Shown: positions 56,347-64,000 of the stretch, one piece after another
Layout of the letters: the number at the start of each line of letters is the position of its first letter
Position numbering within the stretch: position 1 is the first letter of the stretch
DNA from: a virus
Direction: 5' to 3' (one strand)
Virus record (IMG/VR): IMGVR_UViG_3300032309_000911
Span: 22,519 to 86,518 of that record
DNA: 64,000 bases
Position numbers and translations under genes: made by a program
Notes under the pieces: model-generated
What the model was told of the DNA's origin: nothing
The model's database searches: none
What the model saw: only the letters and a program-made list of their open reading frames with translations

Positions 56347-57870
56347 ATGGCCGATCTATTTGGATTTTCGATTACACGAAAAAAAAGAGAACAAGACCCA
56401 AAACAAAGTTTTAGTATACCTGCTGCTGATGATGGTGCAACAACCGTCTCCGCTGTTGGTGGTGCTTTTGGACAATTTTTAGATTTAGAAGGTACTTCTA
56501 AAAACGAAGCCGATTTAGTAAGACGTTATAGAGAAATTTCATTACATCCAGAGTGCGATACGGCAATTGATGATATCGTTAATGAAGCTATTGTTGTAAA
56601 TGAAAATAAAGATGCTGTAGAAGTCAATTTAAAAACTATACCTTTTGGCGCTGAAGTAAGAAGAAAAATCGAAGATGAATTTAGAAATGTATTATTACTA
56701 TTAGACTTTAATACAAAAGGTCATGATATTTTTAGAAGATGGTATGTAGATGGTCGTATGTATTATCAGAAAATTATTGACAGAGAAAATCCTAGAAATG
56801 GTATTGTAGAATTAAAATACATTGACCCTAGAAAAATTAAAAAAGTAAGAGAAGTTAAAAAATCAAGACAATCAAATAGTTTAGATTTCTTAACAGAATT
56901 TGAAGAATATTTTTTATTTAATGAAAAAGGTGTTTCAGGCGCAACATCAGGTTCAGGTGTTAGAATAGCTCCAGATTCAATCGCTTATACTAATTCTGGT
57001 TTAGTAGATCAAAATAGAAATCAAATATTATCTTATTTACACAAAGCAATTAAATCAGTTAATCAATTAAGAATGATTGAAGATGCTATGGTAATATATC
57101 GTATTGCTCGAGCACCAGAAAGAAGAATATTTTATATAGATGTAGGCAATCTTCCTAAAATTAAAGCAGAACAATATTTAAGAGATGTTATGGCAAGATA
57201 TAGAAATAAACTTGTCTATGATGCTAATACTGGCGAAATTAGAGATGACAGAAACTATATGAACATGTTGGAAGATTATTGGTTACCACGTAGAGAAGGT
57301 GGTAGAGGAACAGAAATCACTACATTACCAGGTGGCCAAAACTTAGGAGAAATTGCTGATATAGAATATTTCCAAAAGAAATTATATCGTTCTCTTAATG
57401 TTCCAATTAGTAGATTAGAAACATCTTCAGGTTTTAATTTAGGTAGAGCTGCCGAAATTAGCAGAGATGAATTAAAATTTACAAAATTTGTTGGAAGATT
57501 AAGAAAAAAATTCACTGAATTGTTTAGTGATATTTTAAGAACACAATTAGTTTTAAAAGGCATTATTGCTGATGAAGATTGGGCAATAATACAATCTAAT
57601 TTAAATTACGATTTTACTTCAGATGGTCATTTTGCTGAATTAAAAGAAAGTGAAATGTTAAAAGATCGTATTGCTTTAGCCGACAGTATGGCCAATTATG
57701 TTGGTAAATATTTCTCTCACAAATACATTCGTAAGAATATACTGAAACAAAGTGATAGAGATATGGAAGAAATTGATAAACAAATTAAAAAAGAAGGTTC
57801 TGATAAAGAAACTTTAGATATACAAACTGATATTAACCCTAATACTAAAAAACCTAATCCTTTAGTATAG
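56347..57870 (+). CDS. gp20: Portal protein gp20
   Basis: RWYVDGR, YRIARAPERRIFYIDVGNLP and EDYWLPRREGGRGTEITTLPGG. Confidence 0.97.
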   Translation: MADLFGFSITRKKREQDPKQSFSIPAADDGATTVSAVGGAFGQFLDLEGTSKNEADLVRRYREISLHPECDTAIDDIVNEAIVVNENKDAVEVNLKTIPFGAEVRRKIEDEFRNVLLLLDFNTKGHDIFRRWYVDGRMYYQKIIDRENPRNGIVELKYIDPRKIKKVREVKKSRQSNSLDFLTEFEEYFLFNEKGVSGATSGSGVRIAPDSIAYTNSGLVDQNRNQILSYLHKAIKSVNQLRMIEDAMVIYRIARAPERRIFYIDVGNLPKIKAEQYLRDVMARYRNKLVYDANTGEIRDDRNYMNMLEDYWLPRREGGRGTEITTLPGGQNLGEIADIEYFQKKLYRSLNVPISRLETSSGFNLGRAAEISRDELKFTKFVGRLRKKFTELFSDILRTQLVLKGIIADEDWAIIQSNLNYDFTSDGHFAELKESEMLKDRIALADSMANYVGKYFSHKYIRKNILKQSDRDMEEIDKQIKKEGSDKETLDIQTDINPNTKKPNPLV

Positions 57871-57888
57871 TAAAACTGGTATTCAAAT

Positions 57889-60800
57889 ATGAAAAAAGAT
57901 ACCACGTCAGACAATCTACAAGAAGAAATATCATCAATTAAAAAACAATTCGATAATATAAGAAAAAACTTTATTCGTGGAGAAAAAGGCGATAAAGGAG
58001 ATATTGGTCCAAAAGGTCCTAGAGGAGATTTAGGTCCTACTGGCCCACGTGGTGATCAAGGTGATAAAGGTGATTCGGGCGAACCAGGCCCAAGAGGTCC
58101 TCAAGGTATTCAAGGAGAACAAGGTAAAGTTGGCCCACAAGGTTTAAAAGGTGATCGAGGCGAACAAGGTATTCAAGGTATTCAAGGCGTAGAAGGCCCT
58201 AAAGGAGATAAGGGCGATAGAGGAGAAAAAGGAGATTTTGGCCCAAGAGGTCCTCAAGGAGAACAAGGTGATAAAGGAGACCAAGGATTAACAGGCCCTA
58301 AAGGCGATAAAGGAGATCAAGGTGAAATTGGTCCTCAAGGTATTCAAGGAGAACGTGGTGAAAAAGGTCCAATAGGCCCATTAGGATTGCCAGGTAATAA
58401 AGGTGATAAAGGAGATGAGGGCGATAAAGGTGATAAAGGAGAAAAAGGAGATAAGGGAAATAATGGTGATAAGGGAGAAAAAGGAGATCAAGGAGAAAAA
58501 GGCGAACAAGGTATTCAAGGTATTCAAGGAGAACGTGGAGAAAAAGGAGAAAAAGGAGATTCTATATCTGTTCAACCTATTGTAGAACAATTTGAACAAA
58601 ACTTATCAACACATAAAAGAGAAATATTAAACAATCTTAACAAATTAAAATTAAGTGGATCTGGTTCAGGTTCATATTGGTTAAATGATTTAGGTGATAC
58701 AGATCATAATAGAGTTATTGCCGCAACAGATGGCCAAGCATTAGTATATGATGCTACAATTAAAAAATGGGTGCCAGGTTCCATTGGTTATGATGGTTCA
58801 AGAGGTTACGCAGGTTCTATTGGTTATACAGGATCTAAAGGTGATACTGGTTACACTGGATCACAAGGACCAAATGTTTATATTGACACATTAGATTCTG
58901 TTACTGATAGAGGCAACACAACAACAAATGATATTTCAGTTAATTCTGTAAATATTCCTGTAGGTTCTGTAATTTCTGGTGCAGAACAAATTATAGCAAA
59001 TATATCAAATGAAAATTTAGATTCGGTTTTAGAACACGGCAATAATAGATCATCATTAACACCGCCTGATTATGGTCTTAGTAATGGATTAGGTACTGGG
59101 CCTTATGCAGTATTGCAATTAAAATCTACTCCTGCAATAGCACTTCAAGTAGATGATGTTGTGGCTGGTGCAGGTATTCCTGCAGGTAGTAAAATTCTAT
59201 ATGTAGGTACTGGCAGTTACAATAAAATTATTATAACAGACTTAAATTTTGATCCAGATTTGCCACTACCAGTATCTGACACGTTATTAAGTTTTGCTCG
59301 TGCAGTAACAAATGCTGGTTTATCTATTGCTACACAAGCAAATAAGGATATTACTTTGAATGCTGGAGCTGGTGGTCATATAATAAACCACTCTGATATT
59401 ATTCCCTATAGTACTGATACATGGAGTTTAGGTACGCCTTCTCACCGATTTAAACAATTATGGTTAGGTGCTGGTACAATTTATATTAAAGACGAAACAT
59501 TAGGTACAGATACTGCCATAGGTGCTCGTGATGGATTAGTTTATTTACAAGGTGGTGTAGGATTAAAAGTAGGAGAATTTACTCTTATAGACAATCAGAT
59601 TAAGATTGGTGATTCTACTCGTAATATGATAGTTGGTTCACTTGGTGCTACAGGTAATATTACATTTAATAGAGCGATTAATGTACAAACATCTTCTAAT
59701 TTTAGTACATTTCAAGTTAGTCGTGAAGGTCGAGTTGAAATAACTGTACCAAATATTCCTTCTTCAGATCGTGGCGCTGTATTAATTAATGGTTCTACAA
59801 ATGGTACTGTTCAACCGGTTGTTAATGCAGGTGGTATGCTTCACCTTTCAGGTAATGATAATCGTCCAAGCATTATAACAAATGATTCTTTTGGTACTGG
59901 TGTATTTCCTTTATATGTAGGAAGACAAGCACGAGGAACATCAGATAGTCCAACAGCAACTAAAAATTTAGATGTATTAACTTCATTTAATGCTTCTGGT
60001 TATACAGGTAGTGTTTACGGTCCTAATTCAACTTCATTATCCGCTGTACAATTTCAAGCTGCTGAAGATTTCAGTAATTCAGCTGTTGGAACACGTATAA
60101 ACTTTTTAGTTGTTCCAACTGGTAGTGTTACTAGAGTAACTGGTGTTAGTGTAGATTCAACAGGAATAGTTTTTACAAATAATTCATCAAGCGGAATTAC
60201 TTTTTATAATGGAACAAGATTAACATATTTTCCAACACAAGTTTCACAAGAAGGAAAATATTTAAAAGTTAATGAAACAGGTACAATGATATGGTCAGAT
60301 TTACCTTTCATTAATGGTTATACAGGATCAAAAGGTGATCAAGGAAATATTGGTTACACAGGTTCAAAAGGAGATCAAGGATTAATAGGATATACTGGTT
60401 CTTTAGGTTACACAGGTTCGCAAGGAGATTTAGGTTATACAGGATCTGTTGGTATTGGTTATACTGGATCTGCCGGTGGATTTGGTTACACAGGTTCAAG
60501 AGGACAGGCAGACAAATATGAAACAACAAGTTCAGATACACTTTCAATTTCTACAGGCACAAAAACATTTACAGTAGAAACCGGATTATCATATACTATT
60601 GCTCAAGATGTAATCATTGCTTATAATTTAACAAATCACATGATTGGTTCTGTATCATCTTATAATCTACTTACTGGCGCAATGGTTGTAGAAGTTACAG
60701 AAATAACAGGAAGCGGTTCATACTCAACTTGGCAAGTTAACTTAAATGGTGCTCAAGGTATTAAAGGAGATAAAGGTGATGTTGGTTATACAGGATCAAA

Positions 60801-61791
60801 AGGAGATTTAGGTTATACAGGTTCACAAGGTAATATAGGTTACACAGGTTCTAAAGGTAATCAAGGTGATCAAGGTATAATTGGTTACACAGGCTCTAAA
60901 GGTAATCAAGGCGATCAAGGTATAGTTGGTTATACAGGATCAAAAGGAGATCAAGGTGTTATAGGTTATACAGGATCAATTGGTTACACAGGTTCAGCTT
61001 CAACAGTAATTGGTTACACCGGTTCACAAGGTACCCTTGGTTATGATGGTTCAAGAGGTTACACAGGTTCAGCTTCAACAGTAATTGGTTACACCGGTTC
61101 ACAAGGTACCCTTGGTTATGCTGGTTCAAGAGGTTACTCGGGTTCTGTTGGTTATACAGGATCAAAAGGTGATCAAGGAAATATTGGTTACACAGGTTCA
61201 GCTTCAACTGTAATTGGTTACACCGGTTCACAAGGACAAATAGGTTACACAGGTTCATCAGCATCTGTAGGTATTGGTGGCAATCTATCAGTTTATGAAT
61301 TAAACAGTTCATTAAACTTGACCAATGCTAAGAATACATTGGTCAGTATGTTTGGACTAACCAGCGGTGTTGCATTACAATCAAACACACGTTATCAATA
61401 TGAAATTGTGTTTACTTTGTCATCAAACAAAGCAGGTTCATTAAGTTATGCTTTGGCGCTAAGCGGTAGTGCTGCTGTAGCACAACATAACTTCCAATGG
61501 ATGGCTAACAAAACTAATACTATTGATGGATATGGAGCAGGTATTGCAATGGCCAGCTTTAATGCAACAGGTACTGGTATAACAACAGCAAAAGACATAG
61601 CAGCTTTTGACAACTTTACTCACGTGGTCATATATGGTATTATTGATGTAACCACAGCAGGTAATGTTAACTTTATGCTGAGCCAGGATCAAAATACTCC
61701 TATTACATGGACTATGCTTCCTGGAACATATATTAAACTATTGCCTATAAGTGCTATAGGTTCAAATACAGTAGTAGGTACTTGGAGTTAA
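57889..61791 (+). CDS. 1300-aa collagen-like fibre protein (charged G-D/E-K collagen plus GYTGS repeats)
   Basis: Continuous Gly-X-Y tract near the N-terminus; [18 protein letters not shown]; later GYTGS tracts. Confidence 0.85.
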   Translation: MKKDTTSDNLQEEISSIKKQFDNIRKNFIRGEKGDKGDIGPKGPRGDLGPTGPRGDQGDKGDSGEPGPRGPQGIQGEQGKVGPQGLKGDRGEQGIQGIQGVEGPKGDKGDRGEKGDFGPRGPQGEQGDKGDQGLTGPKGDKGDQGEIGPQGIQGERGEKGPIGPLGLPGNKGDKGDEGDKGDKGEKGDKGNNGDKGEKGDQGEKGEQGIQGIQGERGEKGEKGDSISVQPIVEQFEQNLSTHKREILNNLNKLKLSGSGSGSYWLNDLGDTDHNRVIAATDGQALVYDATIKKWVPGSIGYDGSRGYAGSIGYTGSKGDTGYTGSQGPNVYIDTLDSVTDRGNTTTNDISVNSVNIPVGSVISGAEQIIANISNENLDSVLEHGNNRSSLTPPDYGLSNGLGTGPYAVLQLKSTPAIALQVDDVVAGAGIPAGSKILYVGTGSYNKIIITDLNFDPDLPLPVSDTLLSFARAVTNAGLSIATQANKDITLNAGAGGHIINHSDIIPYSTDTWSLGTPSHRFKQLWLGAGTIYIKDETLGTDTAIGARDGLVYLQGGVGLKVGEFTLIDNQIKIGDSTRNMIVGSLGATGNITFNRAINVQTSSNFSTFQVSREGRVEITVPNIPSSDRGAVLINGSTNGTVQPVVNAGGMLHLSGNDNRPSIITNDSFGTGVFPLYVGRQARGTSDSPTATKNLDVLTSFNASGYTGSVYGPNSTSLSAVQFQAAEDFSNSAVGTRINFLVVPTGSVTRVTGVSVDSTGIVFTNNSSSGITFYNGTRLTYFPTQVSQEGKYLKVNETGTMIWSDLPFINGYTGSKGDQGNIGYTGSKGDQGLIGYTGSLGYTGSQGDLGYTGSVGIGYTGSAGGFGYTGSRGQADKYETTSSDTLSISTGTKTFTVETGLSYTIAQDVIIAYNLTNHMIGSVSSYNLLTGAMVVEVTEITGSGSYSTWQVNLNGAQGIKGDKGDVGYTGSKGDLGYTGSQGNIGYTGSKGNQGDQGIIGYTGSKGNQGDQGIVGYTGSKGDQGVIGYTGSIGYTGSASTVIGYTGSQGTLGYDGSRGYTGSASTVIGYTGSQGTLGYAGSRGYSGSVGYTGSKGDQGNIGYTGSASTVIGYTGSQGQIGYTGSSASVGIGGNLSVYELNSSLNLTNAKNTLVSMFGLTSGVALQSNTRYQYEIVFTLSSNKAGSLSYALALSGSAAVAQHNFQWMANKTNTIDGYGAGIAMASFNATGTGITTAKDIAAFDNFTHVVIYGIIDVTTAGNVNFMLSQDQNTPITWTMLPGTYIKLLPISAIGSNTVVGTWS

Positions 61792-61802
61792 CATTTAAAA
61801 CA

Positions 61803-61810
61803 TATAAATA
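61803..61810 (+). promoter_or_regulatory. Late promoter TATAAATA
   Basis: Exact consensus, intergenic. Confidence 0.8.
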
Positions 61811-61829
61811 GTAGAAAGTGAGGAAAATT

Positions 61830-62063
61830 ATGAGCGAACAAGTTAAAAATTTTATTGACAAATTGTCATTAGGACAAGCGGCCGAAGCTGGTGAGGCTTT
61901 TAAAGACGCTTTAAGAGATAAAGTAGGTGATGCTTTGGAAGCTAAAAGAAAAGAATTAGCTGGTGTGTTATTTCAAGCACAACCACATAGTGATGCTAAA
62001 CCTGAGATTATATCTCCGGCACCTAGAACGGAACCTGTTACTAATGAAAAACAAGATCAGTAA
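61830..62063 (+). CDS. Small prohead core protein (gp67/68-position)
   Basis: Position between portal and protease; FKDALRDKVGDALEAKRKELA; GAGG Shine-Dalgarno supports a start at 61830. Confidence 0.65.
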   Translation: MSEQVKNFIDKLSLGQAAEAGEAFKDALRDKVGDALEAKRKELAGVLFQAQPHSDAKPEIISPAPRTEPVTNEKQDQ

Positions 62064-62292
62064 TTTAGTAAAAGAAAATAAAATTTCTGATTCAAAGTCT
62101 TATGAAGAATTATCACCGTTATTAAAAGAAACGGTAAAACATCTTATTAAAAATATAGACAATGAACAAAAAAATTTTATAAAAAAATTTGAAAAATCTG
62201 TAGAAAAAGTTTGTAAATCACATAATGTAAATCAACATGATTTATATTGTTATTTTGAAAAAGAAATAAAAGAACAACTAGGAGTAAAATAA
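62044..62292 (+). CDS. Hypothetical protein, prohead region
   Basis: Start re-called at MKNKIS; abuts the next gene. Confidence 0.65.
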   Translation: MKNKISNLVKENKISDSKSYEELSPLLKETVKHLIKNIDNEQKNFIKKFEKSVEKVCKSHNVNQHDLYCYFEKEIKEQLGVK

Positions 62293-62544
62293 ATGACAAC
62301 GTTAATAATAAAAGGTTCTAACGTAACAGATCCTACTAATAATAATTTTGGTAGAGCACATTTTGTAAGAGTAAACGCAACACAAGATGGTGCTTTATTA
62401 ACTCTAAAAGATTCTGATGGTAATACTTTAGGTACAATGTATTTTGTAAATAAAGGAGATTCAGCAATAATTGAAAAAGCACCATCAGATACTATTACAG
62501 TAGATCATGCTTATTGTAGTGCTGTAGGTTCACCAAGAAGTTAA
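62293..62544 (+). CDS. Hypothetical virion protein
   Basis: GGAG Shine-Dalgarno; beta-rich; IIEKAPSDTI. Confidence 0.75.
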   Translation: MTTLIIKGSNVTDPTNNNFGRAHFVRVNATQDGALLTLKDSDGNTLGTMYFVNKGDSAIIEKAPSDTITVDHAYCSAVGSPRS

Positions 62545-62545
62545 T

Positions 62546-62938
62546 ATGGCAGATATAGTATCATCACAAGTTATAACAGATACTTCTGGAATAAAATATG
62601 TTATTAAGTTAACAAATTATTCAGATGGTACAGGAGAAACAGATGTAACAAAAATTACAGCTGCTAACACCACTTTTATGACTGAAAATGGTGCTAGAAA
62701 AATTGCTAAAGTTTGGTTTTCTATTAACACTGCAAATCCAAAATCAGCTATAGAAGTTAAGTGGGCAGGTGCAACAAACGCAACTGCTTTGTTATTATCT
62801 GGTCAAGGATTTTTTGATTTTAGAGATTCAGGAAATGAAATATCAAATAATGCAACAGCGCCAACAGGTAATGTATTGTTAAGTACAAGAAATTTTGCAG
62901 CTGGTGATAACTACACATTAGTGATAGAATTTAGATAA
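62546..62938 (+). CDS. Hypothetical virion protein
   Basis: ADIVSSQ...KLTNYSDGTGE...YTLVIEFR; 1 nt after the previous stop. Confidence 0.8.
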   Translation: MADIVSSQVITDTSGIKYVIKLTNYSDGTGETDVTKITAANTTFMTENGARKIAKVWFSINTANPKSAIEVKWAGATNATALLLSGQGFFDFRDSGNEISNNATAPTGNVLLSTRNFAAGDNYTLVIEFR

Positions 62939-62940
62939 TT

Positions 62941-62948
62941 TATAAATA
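62941..62948 (+). promoter_or_regulatory. Late promoter TATAAATA
   Basis: Exact consensus before gp21. Confidence 0.8.
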
Positions 62949-62963
62949 GTAAAAAGAGGGAAA

Positions 62964-63608
62964 ATGAAACTAATTAGAGAAGAAATAAACGACGCTACAT
63001 ATCTTATAGAAGAAGTAGAAGGTAAGAAAAATTATTCAATCAAAGGTATTTTCTTACAAGGCGATATCAAAAATCGTAACGGTAGAATTTATCCAACTAA
63101 TGTACTTCAAAAAGAAGTTACTAGATATAATAAAGAATTTATCAATAAAAATAGAGCTTTCGGAGAACTAGGTCATCCAGAAGGACCAACTGTTAATCTA
63201 GAAAGAGTATCACACATGATTAAAAAGTTGTATCCAGAAGGAAAAAACTATATCGGTGAAGCAAAAATTATGGATACTCCATACGGTAAGATCGTAAAAA
63301 GTCTTATTGATGAGGGCGCTAAACTTGGTGTATCATCAAGAGGTATGGGTTCCTTAGTACAAAAAAACGGTCAAAACTTTGTAGGAGAAGATTTTTACTT
63401 AGCAACGGCCGCTGACATTGTAGCAGATCCATCTGCTCCAGACGCTTTCGTAGAAGGTATTATGGAGAATAAAGAATGGGTTTGGAACAATGGAGTCCTT
63501 GTGGAACAAGACGTTGCCGCATGGAAACAAGAACTAATTAAGACTAAAAGAATTGAATTGGCTGAGAAAAAAGCAAGTGTATTCAAGGATTTTTTAAGTA
63601 AATTATAA
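62964..63608 (+). CDS. gp21: Prohead protease gp21
   Basis: NRNGRIY, GELGHP, VSH, GVSSRGMGS and DIVADPSAPDAFV. Confidence 0.96.
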   Translation: MKLIREEINDATYLIEEVEGKKNYSIKGIFLQGDIKNRNGRIYPTNVLQKEVTRYNKEFINKNRAFGELGHPEGPTVNLERVSHMIKKLYPEGKNYIGEAKIMDTPYGKIVKSLIDEGAKLGVSSRGMGSLVQKNGQNFVGEDFYLATAADIVADPSAPDAFVEGIMENKEWVWNNGVLVEQDVAAWKQELIKTKRIELAEKKASVFKDFLSKL

Positions 63609-63624
63609 TAGAAAATAAAATTAT

Positions 63625-63632
63625 TATAAATA
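63625..63632 (+). promoter_or_regulatory. Late promoter TATAAATA
   Basis: Exact consensus before gp22. Confidence 0.8.
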
Positions 63633-63688
63633 TCATTGTAAAAAGAGATATTTTTAATTCGAATTAAAAAATAAAGGAGATTTCTCAA

Positions 63689-64000
63689 ATGGCTACAGAA
63701 AATAATGTAGAAGTTAAAGAGCAAGTAATAGTTGAAGCTGAAACAGCTACTGTTACAGATGCTCCTAAGAAGAATGCTGTAGCAGCTGAACCTTCTAAGC
63801 TTTCTAACGAAGCTCAAGATTTAGGTGCGGCAGTTGTTAAACCAACAGACAGCAATCCAGACTCTACAAAAAATAATAAAAAAGTTTCAGATGCAATAAA
63901 CGCAAAAGCCGCGGATGTTGATGCTAGTAAAAAACCAGATACAGAAGCTGGTGTTACTAAAGTTGCAACTCCAGGCGAAACGTTAAAAGTAGAAGAAACT
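63689..64000 (+). CDS. gp22: Prohead core scaffold gp22, N-terminal part (runs off the window)
   Basis: AAGGAG Shine-Dalgarno; MATENNVEVKEQ...DLGAAVVKP; position directly after gp21. Confidence 0.75.
   Translation, partial: MATENNVEVKEQVIVEAETATVTDAPKKNAVAAEPSKLSNEAQDLGAAVVKPTDSNPDSTKNNKKVSDAINAKAADVDASKKPDTEAGVTKVATPGETLKVEET

Noticed and set aside
51978-57870. Introns, inteins or homing endonucleases in terminase, sheath or portal
   Set aside because: The ORFs are continuous and of normal length, with no insertion motifs
1-64000. tRNA/rRNA genes, integrase or transposase, stop-codon reassignment
   Set aside because: Intergenic gaps are short and AT-rich with no cloverleaf seen; no mobile-element ORF; core genes translate full length with the standard code

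Overview
A 64-kb, very AT-rich segment of a T4-like myophage genome. Gene order and protein style recall SAR11/LD12-type and cyanophage T4-like viruses, but the host is an inference. The core late module is present: gp5 C-terminus, PAAR gp5.4, gp25, gp6, gp7, gp8, a 2027-aa virion protein, then gp13-gp14-gp15-gp16-gp17-gp18-gp19-gp20, prohead genes, gp21 and the start of gp22, with many TATAAATA late promoters. Between baseplate and neck lies a ~30-kb accessory island with two apparent protein-modification systems. (1) A tightly coupled 11-gene operon (20838-29675) has four radical SAM/SPASM-type enzymes, two 2OG-Fe(II) oxygenases, a cupin and several unknowns. These surround a 190-aa virion-like protein ending in a RiPP-like (CHxS)3 core, CHASCHSSCHGSRGRR. 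This is the best candidate for an undescribed system. (2) Nearly proline-free GYTGS collagen-like and Cys-rich beta-helix fibres are interleaved with glycosyltransferases, methyltransferases, an NDP-sugar dehydratase, a sulfotransferase and a subtilase. An IscA-type Fe-S carrier and several small ORFs missing from the ORF track lie near the left end. All calls come from reading motifs by eye; no database search was run.
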